Of a stretch of 64,000 bases of DNA, positions 48,217 through 58,532 are shown piece after piece. Positions within the stretch are counted from its first letter, which is position 1, and every line of letters begins with the position of its first letter. Location: positions 80,266-144,265 of the forward strand of contig PLNT01000040.1 in assembly GCA_003141895.1 (NCBI GenBank), written 5' to 3'. Origin of the DNA: Bacteroidales bacterium. Its GTDB lineage: Bacteria; Bacteroidota; Bacteroidia; Bacteroidales; VadinHA17. The notes beneath the pieces are model-generated. The model did not search any database, was not told where the DNA came from, and saw only the letters and a list, made by a program, of their open reading frames with translations. The translations under genes were made by a program, and so were the position numbers.

Positions 48217-49632
48217 TTAGTACCTGTAATGATCTGCCTTATAAGGTCCTTTTTCAGGGACTCCGATATAATCTGATTGCTCTTTTGTGAGTTTTGTGAG
48301 CTTCACACCAAGCTGATCGAGATGTAAACGGGCCACTTCCTCATCGAGGTATTTAGGAAGGCGGTAAACCCCTATTTCATATTTGTTCTTCCAGAGGTCA
48401 ATCTGTGCAAGAGTCTGATTACTGAATGAGTTGCTCATAACAAATGAAGGATGCCCTGTTGCACATCCAAGATTTACGAGTCTGCCCTCTGCAAGAATAA
48501 AAATTGCATGTCCGTCAGGGAAAAGATATTTGTCAACCTGAGGTTTGATATTGATTTTTTTAATCCCTTTATATTCGTTCAGATTGTCAACCTGTATTTC
48601 GTTATCGAAGTGACCAATATTGCATACAATCGACTGATCTTTCATCTTAAGCATGTGGTCGAGGGTAATAATATCCTTGTTACCTGTAGCCGTTACAAAG
48701 ATATTGCCTTCATGAAGGGTATCTTCTACCGTTTGAACCTCAAAGCCTTCCATCGACGCCTGGAGTGCACAGATTGGATCAATTTCAGTAATAATAACCC
48801 GCGAACCATACGATTTCATCGACTTGGCACAACCTTTACCAACATCGCCATAACCACAAACTACAACAACCTTCCCTGCCAGCATAACATCAGTTGCCCT
48901 TTTAATCCCGTCCGCAAGAGATTCACGACAACCATAGAGATTGTCGAATTTAGATTTGGTTACTGAATCATTTACGTTAATTGCCGGTACAAGCAGCTCT
49001 CCGTTTTCCATCATCTGGTATAAACGGTGCACTCCTGTTGTTGTTTCTTCTGATATCCCTTTAAGTTCGCTTACTGCTCTATGCCACTTACCCGGTTCTT
49101 TAGCCAGAATATCTTTCAGAGTTGAAAGAATAATTGCCTCTTCCCTGTTTTCTGGTTTCTTGTTTAGTATGTCGGGGTTTTTTTCTGCTTTATATCCAAG
49201 ATGAACCATAAGTGATGCATCACCTCCGTCATCAACCAAAAGATTAGGCCCTTTCCCTCCCGGGAATGAAAGAGCCTGGGCTGTACACCACCAGTATTCT
49301 TCCAGAGTCTCACCTTTCCATGCAAATACAGGAATGCCCCTCGCAGCTATTGCAGCCGCCGCATGATCCTGAGTTGAAAAAATATTGCAACTTGCCCATC
49401 TCACATCAGCACCAAGATCTGCGAGAGTTTCAATCAGAACTGCGGTCTGTATTGTCATGTGCAGTGATCCTGTAATCCGTGCACCCTTCAGTGGTTTCTC
49501 TGCGAAATATTTTTTTCTTATTGCTAAAAGTCCCGGCATTTCTTTTTCGGCAATTTCAATTTCTTTTCTGCCAAAGTCAGCAAGGGAGATGTCTTTTACC
49601 TGGTATTGGATTGTATCAAGAGTAACGTTCAT
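48217..49632 (-). CDS. ahcY: Adenosylhomocysteinase
   Basis: [39 protein letters not shown]. Confidence 0.97.
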   Translation of the reverse strand: MNVTLDTIQYQVKDISLADFGRKEIEIAEKEMPGLLAIRKKYFAEKPLKGARITGSLHMTIQTAVLIETLADLGADVRWASCNIFSTQDHAAAAIAARGIPVFAWKGETLEEYWWCTAQALSFPGGKGPNLLVDDGGDASLMVHLGYKAEKNPDILNKKPENREEAIILSTLKDILAKEPGKWHRAVSELKGISEETTTGVHRLYQMMENGELLVPAINVNDSVTKSKFDNLYGCRESLADGIKRATDVMLAGKVVVVCGYGDVGKGCAKSMKSYGSRVIITEIDPICALQASMEGFEVQTVEDTLHEGNIFVTATGNKDIITLDHMLKMKDQSIVCNIGHFDNEIQVDNLNEYKGIKKINIKPQVDKYLFPDGHAIFILAEGRLVNLGCATGHPSFVMSNSFSNQTLAQIDLWKNKYEIGVYRLPKYLDEEVARLHLDQLGVKLTKLTKEQSDYIGVPEKGPYKADHYRY

Positions 49633-49683
49633 AATTCATATTATTTTTGAGAGATCAAAGGTAACAAAAACATTTATTATTTC

Positions 49684-50622
49684 TCAGGTCAGTAGTCTAA
49701 GTGTTTCCTGTTTATCCTGTTCCATCTGTTCCGCGAGCTCTTGAATATTTCCGAACTTTTTCTCATCCCGTAATCTTTTCCTGAAAATCACAATAATGTT
49801 TCTTCCGTAAATATCTTCATCAAAGTTTAAGATGTGAACTTCAATACTCCTGAAGTTGATATCTGTATTAACAGTAGGATTCGAACCAATACTAAGCATT
49901 CCGGACATCACTTTCTTATCGAGCTGAACTTCAACTGCATAAACTCCATTTGCAGGTATTAATTTATGTTCAGAGTATGGTTTGATATTAGCCGTCGGAA
50001 ATCCAATCTTCCGACCCAGTTTTCGTCCTTCAATAATCTGGCCGCTGATAGAATACGGATATCCCAGCCAATTATTTGCCTTTTCAATGTTGCCATTTAA
50101 TATAGCCCCACGGATAAGGGAAGAGCTTATCATACCATCCTCAGTATGATAACCTTCTACCTGTTCAACCGTGAAATCAAGATCTTTTGCACATTGTTTT
50201 ATAGTGTTGAAATCACCCTCACCTCTTCTCCCGAAGTGGTGATCATGTCCAATTACCAGATATTTGGTCCTGATCTCGCCGACAAGAATATCTTTTAAAA
50301 AATCACATGCAGGAATATTACTGAACTCCAGAGTAAACTTTATAATTATGAGGTGATCGACGCCCGCTTTTGCCAACAAGATCTTCTTCTCTTCGATCGT
50401 AGTAAGGAATGAGAGATTTTTATTATTCTGTTCCAGTACCAGCCTCGGATGAGGTGAAAATGTAATTACAGCTGACTCAGATTTTTCTTCCTTTGCCTTC
50501 TGAACAACACGATCGAGAAGAGTCCGGTGCCCCCGGTGTACTCCATCAAATATACCCAGAGTTGCAACAGGTTTAACCAGATTCAGATTTTCATAACCCT
50601 CATGAATTATCATAGAATACAA
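49684..50622 (-). CDS. ribF: Bifunctional riboflavin kinase / FAD synthetase
   Basis: FDGVHRGH, ISSSLIR, GFPTAN, EVHIL. Confidence 0.95.
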   Translation of the reverse strand: MYSMIIHEGYENLNLVKPVATLGIFDGVHRGHRTLLDRVVQKAKEEKSESAVITFSPHPRLVLEQNNKNLSFLTTIEEKKILLAKAGVDHLIIIKFTLEFSNIPACDFLKDILVGEIRTKYLVIGHDHHFGRRGEGDFNTIKQCAKDLDFTVEQVEGYHTEDGMISSSLIRGAILNGNIEKANNWLGYPYSISGQIIEGRKLGRKIGFPTANIKPYSEHKLIPANGVYAVEVQLDKKVMSGMLSIGSNPTVNTDINFRSIEVHILNFDEDIYGRNIIVIFRKRLRDEKKFGNIQELAEQMEQDKQETLRLLT

Positions 50623-50706
50623 TTATGGCTGTAAAATTAATAAAGCACATGGAAATGAAGCAAATAAATGATTTAGTTTTCGTATTTTTATGGTAGATTT
50701 TCAATT

Positions 50707-52746
50707 TTGCCAATCATCATGAGCACAGCCAGTTTCTATCAGTCCGACCCATGGTTGAACCCCTTTACCAGTGTCATCGACAGAAGATATGCAAAATGTC
50801 TTCTTAAAGAGAAACAGCTGGCAGGAAATGGAACTATCGTTGATTTTGCTATGGGGCATCATTATTACGGACTGCACCGGACTAATGATTCATGGGTATT
50901 CAGGGAATGGGCTCCAAATGCACAGAGTATTTTTATTATTGGAGTTTTCAATGACTGGAAAGAGAAGAAGGAATTTATGATGAAGAGAATTAATTCCATG
51001 GGAAACTGGGAGATATACCTGCCTTTTGAATTAATTAAACACGGCGATCTTTATAAACTTTCTATACATTGGCAGGGTGGTGATGGTGAACGGATTCCTT
51101 CATATGCTAACCATGTAGTTCAGGATGAGAAAACTAAAATATTCAGTGCCCAGGTGTGGCAGCCGAAGGAGCAATATGTATGGAAATCTGATAATTTTTC
51201 TCCCTTACAGAAATCACCTGTAATTTATGAGGCCCACATCGGCATGGCGACCTCTGAAGAAAAAACCGGAACTTATCGTGAATTTACCGAAAAGATTATA
51301 CCAATCATTGAAAAATCGGGATACAACACAATACAACTTATGGCTATCCAGGAACATCCATTTTATGGATCTTTCGGATACCACGTATCAAGTTTCTTTG
51401 CCGCCTCATCCCGATTCGGAACACCTGAAGATCTTAAGGAATTGGTAGATAAAGCCCATTCAGCAGGTTTGAGGGTTATAATGGATCTTGTTCACTCACA
51501 TTCTGTAAGGAACATCAATGAAGGTTTGGGTTTGTTTGACGGATCACTGGGCCAGTATTTCCATGCAAACGAAAGAAGATATCACGTTGCGTGGGATTCA
51601 TTATGTTTCGATTACGGGAAGGACAATGTTATTCACTTCCTTTTATCCAATTGCCGCTACTGGCTTGAAGAATATAAATTTGACGGTTTCAGATTCGATG
51701 GAATTACAAGTATGATCTACTATGATCATGGACTGGAAAAAAACTTCACATCATATAATGAATATTTTGACGGCAATCAGGATGAGGATGCTCTGGTCTA
51801 CCTGTTTCTTGCGAATAAAATGATCCATGAATTTAAGCCCGGAGCTATTACCATTGCCGAGGAAATGAGCGGAATGCCAGGCTTGGCGTCTGATACTGTA
51901 AAAATGGGATTTGGTTTCGATTTCAGGCTTTCAATGGGGGTGCCTGATTTCTGGATCAAATTGGTTAAAGAGACTCCCGATGAAAACTGGGACATGGGAA
52001 AGTTATTCTATGAACTGACTCAACACAGGCCCGAAGAGAAAATAATATCCTACTGCGAATCACATGACCAGGCACTTGTAGGAGATAAGACGCTTATTTT
52101 CAGAATGATAGACGCCGAGATGTATACCGGCATGAATAAATCCTATCATAGTATTGTGGTTGACCGTGGTATTGCGTTGCACAAAATGATACGACTGATC
52201 ACCTTCAGCACTTCAGGAGGGGGTTATCTTAATTTCATGGGCAACGAATTTGGCCATCCGGAATGGATAGATTTTCCGCGTGAGGGAAATAACTGGAGTT
52301 TTAAATATGCCAGGCGTCAATGGCAACTGGCATTAAACAAAGAACTAAAGTACTCTGAGCTGCTTGGATTTGACAGGAAAATGCTGAAACTATATACTGA
52401 TTTTAAGATACTCGATGATCTTACTGTAACCAGAATATATGAGAATACCTATGATAAGGTTCTCGCCTATATGAGAGGCGGATTATTATTTGTTTATAAC
52501 TTCAATCCGAATGTCTCATTTACAGATTATGGAATACCTGTTGTTGGAAAGTTTAAAATTCTGCTCGATACTGATGACCCGGCATTCGGAGGCTTCAACA
52601 GGGTTGACAGAAAAACATCTTACATCTCGATAAGAAAAGCTGAACGGAATCTAATTAATGCTCCGTTATATCTTTACCTGTACCTGCCTGCAAGAACAGC
52701 TTTGGTATTCAAGAAGGAAGCGGTACGAAAGGCTACCGATATCTAA
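50707..52746 (+). CDS. glgB: 1,4-alpha-glucan branching enzyme (GH13_8-type; start may be ATG 50719)
   Basis: FREWAPNA, YEAHIG, DGFRFDG, IAEEMSG, ESHDQ, NFMGNEFGHPEW. Confidence 0.92.
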   Translation: MPIIMSTASFYQSDPWLNPFTSVIDRRYAKCLLKEKQLAGNGTIVDFAMGHHYYGLHRTNDSWVFREWAPNAQSIFIIGVFNDWKEKKEFMMKRINSMGNWEIYLPFELIKHGDLYKLSIHWQGGDGERIPSYANHVVQDEKTKIFSAQVWQPKEQYVWKSDNFSPLQKSPVIYEAHIGMATSEEKTGTYREFTEKIIPIIEKSGYNTIQLMAIQEHPFYGSFGYHVSSFFAASSRFGTPEDLKELVDKAHSAGLRVIMDLVHSHSVRNINEGLGLFDGSLGQYFHANERRYHVAWDSLCFDYGKDNVIHFLLSNCRYWLEEYKFDGFRFDGITSMIYYDHGLEKNFTSYNEYFDGNQDEDALVYLFLANKMIHEFKPGAITIAEEMSGMPGLASDTVKMGFGFDFRLSMGVPDFWIKLVKETPDENWDMGKLFYELTQHRPEEKIISYCESHDQALVGDKTLIFRMIDAEMYTGMNKSYHSIVVDRGIALHKMIRLITFSTSGGGYLNFMGNEFGHPEWIDFPREGNNWSFKYARRQWQLALNKELKYSELLGFDRKMLKLYTDFKILDDLTVTRIYENTYDKVLAYMRGGLLFVYNFNPNVSFTDYGIPVVGKFKILLDTDDPAFGGFNRVDRKTSYISIRKAERNLINAPLYLYLYLPARTALVFKKEAVRKATDI

Positions 52747-55700
52747 TCAATCCAGCGAAGAAGATAAAAATCCTGTTTATGAGGAAGATCCTTATGCTTG
52801 GGGTAGATACGTATTCCATAGAAGAAAGAGCCAGCTTTTTCAGGAACAAGGCTGGCCCTGTAAAGGCATTTCCCGTTTTTACTGCTGATCAGCTTAAACT
52901 CTTCACTGGCGACAAACTCATGTTCGCCACTTTTGCTCATATGAGTTATAATAAATTCAACCCCAACGTTTTCTTTTGGGATTTTCTTGACATCCAGTGC
53001 TATTTCAGCCCGGTAATCATGACCTGAACGGTAAACATTTTCCCCTGCCTTTTCAAAACTGTAATTTAAGACTTCTATATTATCCCATTCATCTTTTATG
53101 GTTTTTTTCCAGGCTGCCAGCTCTTTTGCCTTCTCAAAATTATTATCAATGAGATATTTACTCCTTTTGAAAAGTTTATGATAGTATTTTTCATAATAAT
53201 CATCTATCATCCTTTTCATTGTAAATTCAGGAGCGATTTTCGTCATAGTATTTTTAATCAGGCTAACCCATTCAACCGGTACATTCTTATCGTTAAATGA
53301 ATAATAAGCCGGAACAATTTCAAATTCAAGCATATTGTAAATTGTTTCTGCATCTATGTCATCCTGCAGCTCCTGATCTTCATATGTTCTTTTCTTTGGA
53401 AGTGCCCACCCGGCATAAGCCCTGTAACCTTCAACCCACCACCCATCAAGAACACTGAAATGGATAGTGCCATTCATAACTGCTTTCTCACCGCTTGTAC
53501 CTGAAGCTTCAAGAGGTCGCGTTGGCGTATTCAGCCATATATCAACACCTCTTGTAAGATACTTTGCAAGCTCAATATCATAATTCTCAAGAAAAATTAC
53601 CTTCCCTGCAAACTGAGACATCTGCGATATTTCAAAAACTCTCTTTATAAGATCTTTCCCTCCGCCATCGTTTGGATGTGCTTTCCCGGCAAAAATAAAT
53701 TGAACAGGTTTCTGAGGATTATTCACTATTCGTGAGAGCCTGTCAAGATCACGGAAAAGCAGGGATGCTCTCTTGTAAGTCGCAAACCTTCTGGCAAATC
53801 CTATTGTAAGGGCTTTTTCATCGAGATGCCCACTTATACTTAAAAGGGTCCGGGGGCTCACATGTTTTTCGATCATGTCTGATTGAAGCCTTTTCCTGAT
53901 ATTTGAAAAAAGACTCTTTTTAAGACTTTTCTTTATATCATAGATTTTCTTATCCTCGAGTCCATAGAGTTTCTCCCATAGACCTCTGTCAGTCTGGTCA
54001 AAATTTATATCGCCTGCCAATTCCCTGTATACTTCTCTCCATTCAGGCGCGGTCCATGTAGGATGATGAACTCCGTTGGTAACATAACCGATAAAAAGCT
54101 CCTCTTTCAGATATCCAGGCCAAAGTTTATTAAACATTCCCTGACTAACTTCTCCATGAAGCTTACTGACTCCATTTACTTCCTGCGACATTCTTGCAGC
54201 AAGAAAACTCATATTGAATTTCTTATCTGCATCGCCTTCACATTGTCCTAAAGCCATAAGTTCACTCCAGGTTATTGTGAGCCTGCTGTGGTAATGAGAA
54301 ATATATTTTCGCAGAAGATCCTCTTCAAAGGCATCATGACCGGCGGGAACCGGGGTATGTGTGGTAAAAAGAGTCGTAGATCTGACAACTTCAAGTGCCT
54401 GATTGAATGTCAGATGTTGTTCGTTTATCAGGCCCCTGAGACGTTCAAGACTGATGAAAGCTGAATGTCCTTCATTACTGTGATAAAGATCTGGTTTCAG
54501 TCCCATTGCTACAAGTGCCCTGATGCCTCCGATTCCGAGTATTAGTTCCTGCCTTAACCTGTTCTCGTTATCACCGCCATATAAATAGTGCGTAACTGTC
54601 CTGTCTTCCTGCAGGTTATCATCAAAATCAGTATCAAGAAGCACAAGCCTTACTTTGCCTACCATAGCTTCCCATACCCTGATCTTAACTGTTCTTCCTG
54701 GCCAGACCAGACTTACATACAAATGATTGCCATTTGAATCTTTAACAGGATTTATCGGAAGCCTCGAAAATTCTTCTGCTTCATAGATAGCAAGCTGTTC
54801 TCCGCGTGGTCCGAGTTTTTGTTTGAAATAACCATACCTGTAGAGAAGGCCAACTCCCGTAATATTTAAATTTGAATCACTGGCTTCCTTCAGATAATCT
54901 CCTGCAAGTATTCCAAGTCCGCCAGAATAAATCTTCAGGCAGGGATGGATCCCAAATTCCATGCTAAAATAAGCTATTGAAGGGTATGAGTCGTTACCCG
55001 GACGATCGGTATATGCTTTGAATTTTTCATTTACCTTTTGAAGCTCAGCTACAAAATCATCATCATCCTCGAGTACAAGAAGTCTTTTATAGTCAATCTT
55101 TTCAAGAAGCATTTTAGGATTATGCCGGACATCCTCCCAGAGTGAAGGATCCATTCTTTTAAACAATAGTTCGGTTTGCGTATTCCACGACCACCATAAA
55201 TTATTTGCGAGATATTTAAGAGATAGCAGTTTCCCAGGTACATCGCTCTGAACATAAATATCTTTCCACACCGGAACCTGGTGTGGTTTGCGGATGTGTA
55301 ACCCCGGGGCTTCAACGAACCGGGCAAACTCTCTTGGTTCTTCCCTTCTGTCGTTGCTTTGTACGAGAGCGAACTCATAAGCAGAAAAATAATAATTCAC
55401 AAGGTTGTCCCACAGGGCAATTCTCGAAATAGCATGTGCTTTTTCTCTCGCTGTTTTACGATCAGTACCATTTAATCCGATAAACATTGTCATGAAATCG
55501 CACATCTCTTTAATAACTTCAGTTTCATTGTAATCGGTTCTTTCAATTACAGAAATACCATTACCGGGGTTCTCAAAATAAGTCCTGACCCATAGACCAA
55601 ATCCGGATAGTGATGTGGTTACTGTAGGTATTGAAAACATAAGACTTTCAAGTGGTGTATATCCCCAGGGTTCGTAATAGGAAGGAAATAGTGACAGATC

Positions 55701-56966
55701 AAATCCAATGAGCAATTCGAAGTATGGCATATTAAATATGCCGTCATTACCGTTCAGATAGCAGGGTACAAAAATGACTTTAACTTTAGACTTTTGATTG
55801 TTATTAAGATTATTGGCTGCCAATCTCAGCAAAACGGGATCCGTTGCTGGGTAATGTAAACTATGGGTTAGATATTTGTCGCCGCTGTTAACCGGACCAT
55901 TGTCAAAAAGGATACTCGATATGTCCTGTCGGGGACCTTTATGATAAGCAGGTATAAGGAAAAAAGCAATGCACTCTTTTTGAATTGTGGCTCGCTTCTC
56001 CAGTTCACTCAGAGAGTCGATCAGAATATCAACACCTTTATTCCTGAATTCGTATCTTCCGCTGTTTACCAGCAAAACGCAATCTTCTGAAACTTCATAT
56101 CCAAGAACGGCTTCAGCAACGTCCAGGAGTTTTTCCCTGGCTATTGCCCTCCGCTCTTCAAAAATTTCGTTGGCGGGGATAAATGAATCTTCGAATCCGT
56201 TTGGGGTCACAAAATCGACCTCTTTCCCAAGGAAGTGATGACATTCCCTCGATGTTATTTCACTTACTGTTGTAAAAACATCTGCCTCAGCGGCAGATAT
56301 CTTTTCGAGAGACTGTTTTGCAATTACATTGAATTCTCTTGCGATTTGTACGGCGTTATATTCTTCCATCTTACCGTACAGCGGCCTGTTATTTCCAGCA
56401 ATTGATCTGCCAAGTACAGTTGCATGAGTTGTAAATGAAGTTGCTATCCAGGGTGCATTTTTTTTCAGATAGAGAATTCCTGTCCCTGTCATCCATTCAT
56501 GGAACTGAGCAATTGTATTATGATGTTCATGATAAAAGGTCGAAAAGCTTTCGATTAGTTTACCTGCAGCATAACCAAAAAGGGCGGGTTCGACATAATC
56601 CCACTGACCGGTAATACTGTCAAGTTTATATGTTTCCCAGAAGTTGGCAAATATCTCATTCTGCTGGCCAAAGTATGGTGTAAAGTCGAGGAGTATTACA
56701 ATAGGTTTACCGGAAATATTCCATCTTCCTGTCTTTACTCTCAACCCTTCAGATGCAGCTCTGGCTTTCCATTCAACAAAAAGAGTCTCATCAGGAATGA
56801 ACTCAGGGTTTATAATATCTTCTCTCCATACATCTGGTCCGATAAGTATATACCTGTCTCCGAGTTCTTTTACAATTTTTAATGCTTTTGTTGAGATTAC
56901 CGTATGTATTCCCCCAACCTTGTTGCATACTTCCCAACTGGTTTCAAAAATAAATTCAACCTTCAT
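52743..56966 (-). CDS. Fused GT3 glycogen synthase plus GT35 alpha-glucan phosphorylase
   Basis: N-half WEVCNKVGGI and PSYYEPWGYTPLE; C-half YFSMEFG, YSGGLGILAGD and EASGTSGEK (PLP Lys); single 1407-aa ORF. Confidence 0.9.
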   Translation of the reverse strand: MKVEFIFETSWEVCNKVGGIHTVISTKALKIVKELGDRYILIGPDVWREDIINPEFIPDETLFVEWKARAASEGLRVKTGRWNISGKPIVILLDFTPYFGQQNEIFANFWETYKLDSITGQWDYVEPALFGYAAGKLIESFSTFYHEHHNTIAQFHEWMTGTGILYLKKNAPWIATSFTTHATVLGRSIAGNNRPLYGKMEEYNAVQIAREFNVIAKQSLEKISAAEADVFTTVSEITSRECHHFLGKEVDFVTPNGFEDSFIPANEIFEERRAIAREKLLDVAEAVLGYEVSEDCVLLVNSGRYEFRNKGVDILIDSLSELEKRATIQKECIAFFLIPAYHKGPRQDISSILFDNGPVNSGDKYLTHSLHYPATDPVLLRLAANNLNNNQKSKVKVIFVPCYLNGNDGIFNMPYFELLIGFDLSLFPSYYEPWGYTPLESLMFSIPTVTTSLSGFGLWVRTYFENPGNGISVIERTDYNETEVIKEMCDFMTMFIGLNGTDRKTAREKAHAISRIALWDNLVNYYFSAYEFALVQSNDRREEPREFARFVEAPGLHIRKPHQVPVWKDIYVQSDVPGKLLSLKYLANNLWWSWNTQTELLFKRMDPSLWEDVRHNPKMLLEKIDYKRLLVLEDDDDFVAELQKVNEKFKAYTDRPGNDSYPSIAYFSMEFGIHPCLKIYSGGLGILAGDYLKEASDSNLNITGVGLLYRYGYFKQKLGPRGEQLAIYEAEEFSRLPINPVKDSNGNHLYVSLVWPGRTVKIRVWEAMVGKVRLVLLDTDFDDNLQEDRTVTHYLYGGDNENRLRQELILGIGGIRALVAMGLKPDLYHSNEGHSAFISLERLRGLINEQHLTFNQALEVVRSTTLFTTHTPVPAGHDAFEEDLLRKYISHYHSRLTITWSELMALGQCEGDADKKFNMSFLAARMSQEVNGVSKLHGEVSQGMFNKLWPGYLKEELFIGYVTNGVHHPTWTAPEWREVYRELAGDINFDQTDRGLWEKLYGLEDKKIYDIKKSLKKSLFSNIRKRLQSDMIEKHVSPRTLLSISGHLDEKALTIGFARRFATYKRASLLFRDLDRLSRIVNNPQKPVQFIFAGKAHPNDGGGKDLIKRVFEISQMSQFAGKVIFLENYDIELAKYLTRGVDIWLNTPTRPLEASGTSGEKAVMNGTIHFSVLDGWWVEGYRAYAGWALPKKRTYEDQELQDDIDAETIYNMLEFEIVPAYYSFNDKNVPVEWVSLIKNTMTKIAPEFTMKRMIDDYYEKYYHKLFKRSKYLIDNNFEKAKELAAWKKTIKDEWDNIEVLNYSFEKAGENVYRSGHDYRAEIALDVKKIPKENVGVEFIITHMSKSGEHEFVASEEFKLISSKNGKCLYRASLVPEKAGSFFYGIRIYPKHKDLPHKQDFYLLRWID

Positions 56967-56984
56967 CTTAAGAAATTATTCGTT

Positions 56985-58529
56985 TTAAGCCATTAAATCT
57001 TTTTTCTTTTTTGGTTTGACCTTAATGCCGGATCGGGGGGTACTTTTTATTGCGGGTGATTTCAATTTCCCGGTTGATCCATTATTAACCCGTTCTAAAG
57101 CGGGAGCTTTAGTTTGCTTATTTTGAGCGGATTTTGTCTCCGGTTTTTCTTTTGCTATCCTTGGTGGCGAAGATTTTGCAGTTTTCTTAACCGACTTGAT
57201 TGTGGGCTTTATTTTTGCAATTTTCCTGGTAAGTTTCCCAATTTCAATTTCCTGTTTTTCGATGAGCATTTCTTTTTCCGTAAGCTGAGTGCCAAGTTTA
57301 AATATCTGTTCCTGTTCAGCTGAATCGGGAAATAGTTTTTTCAATCTGATTTCAAAGTCACTTAGAACATTCATATAATTCATGAATGCATCATATGGTG
57401 TATCATATGGATTGAAATATGCATGAACAGCACCATCGGAGAAAAATTTAGTTGCCATGTAGTAAAAATGGTCGCTCGATTGGAGATACTCCCAATCTTT
57501 CTTTATAAGAGTGTCAGTGCATTTGTTAACTTTCCCAGTCAGACTGTATAATTTGTCAAGTGCCGCAACCTGCAGCTCATTCCCAAGCCAGGCTGTAAGG
57601 TCCCTCTCTTCATCAGCCCACGATATCGGAGAAGGGATACTGATTGCAGAAACTGGCTGCAAAGTGTCGGCTATTTCGGTAGGTGTCATGAACTTGAAAG
57701 GTGTCTTCTTGAGAATTGCCCCCGGCATATGATAAAGAAAATCAAATATCCCGGTCTCTTTCCAGTTATGTTCACCGAATGTCTCGTAATCAAGAAAGAT
57801 ATTTATCAATTCACTTTTTGAAGAAAGTTTGTTTATCCAAGTGGCATATTTATCGGCTGTTAAAGGCCATGAATTCCATGCCCTATTTGAAAACCGGAAT
57901 GCAATATCATCGCTGAGTACAAAATTTCTCAAAAGAAGTTTAAGCCTTGGATTAAGAGAATTACAATAGAGAAAGTTGGGGCTTTTCCATCCCAGTACAT
58001 GTTTTGCTCCTTCTGTCAGCATTGATTTAAATCCCATGTCTGCAACCCATGAACCAATCTGATCGGAATAGATTAACTCTGTGTTACGGAATGAGGTTGC
58101 CTCGACTCCGAGGAATTCCTTTAACATTTCTCTATGGTTGGCGACCTGCTGTTCGAATTCACTTTTGCTCCTGAGTGAAACCAGTGAATGAGAATTGGTT
58201 TCAGCCAGAAATTCAACCATCCCTGTTTCAGCCAGTTTCCTGAAAGAATCAAGGACTTCAGGAGCGTAAAGACGAAACTGATTGATTACCAGTCCAGAGA
58301 GTGAAAAGGTAACTTTGAATTTCCCTTTATGTTTCTGAATCAGATCCAGAATAATATTATTAGCAGGAATGTAGCATTTCCCTGCTATTTTTCTCATGAT
58401 GGATTCGTTCGAGAAATCATCATAATAGTAATGATCGTGGCCGAGATCAAAAAATCTGTATCTCTTGAGCCTGAATGGCTGATGGACCTGAAAATAAAAA
58501 CAGATCGCTTTTTTGCCTGAAACACCCAT
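56985..58529 (-). CDS. GH57 family alpha-amylase-like enzyme with basic C-terminal tail
   Basis: QVHQP, FRNTELIY, DYETFGEH, SWADEERD. Confidence 0.9.
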   Translation of the reverse strand: MGVSGKKAICFYFQVHQPFRLKRYRFFDLGHDHYYYDDFSNESIMRKIAGKCYIPANNIILDLIQKHKGKFKVTFSLSGLVINQFRLYAPEVLDSFRKLAETGMVEFLAETNSHSLVSLRSKSEFEQQVANHREMLKEFLGVEATSFRNTELIYSDQIGSWVADMGFKSMLTEGAKHVLGWKSPNFLYCNSLNPRLKLLLRNFVLSDDIAFRFSNRAWNSWPLTADKYATWINKLSSKSELINIFLDYETFGEHNWKETGIFDFLYHMPGAILKKTPFKFMTPTEIADTLQPVSAISIPSPISWADEERDLTAWLGNELQVAALDKLYSLTGKVNKCTDTLIKKDWEYLQSSDHFYYMATKFFSDGAVHAYFNPYDTPYDAFMNYMNVLSDFEIRLKKLFPDSAEQEQIFKLGTQLTEKEMLIEKQEIEIGKLTRKIAKIKPTIKSVKKTAKSSPPRIAKEKPETKSAQNKQTKAPALERVNNGSTGKLKSPAIKSTPRSGIKVKPKKKKDLMA

Positions 58530-58532
58530 AGT

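Noticed and set aside
48451-49744. Long antisense ORFs opposite ahcY (and similar ones opposite tig, carB, lptB and rplU)
   Set aside because: Expected shadow frames of conserved genes; no recognisable motifs or initiation signals.
49633-50706. SAH riboswitch before ahcY or FMN riboswitch before ribF
   Set aside because: Both leaders are short, AT-rich and lack the conserved aptamer sequences.
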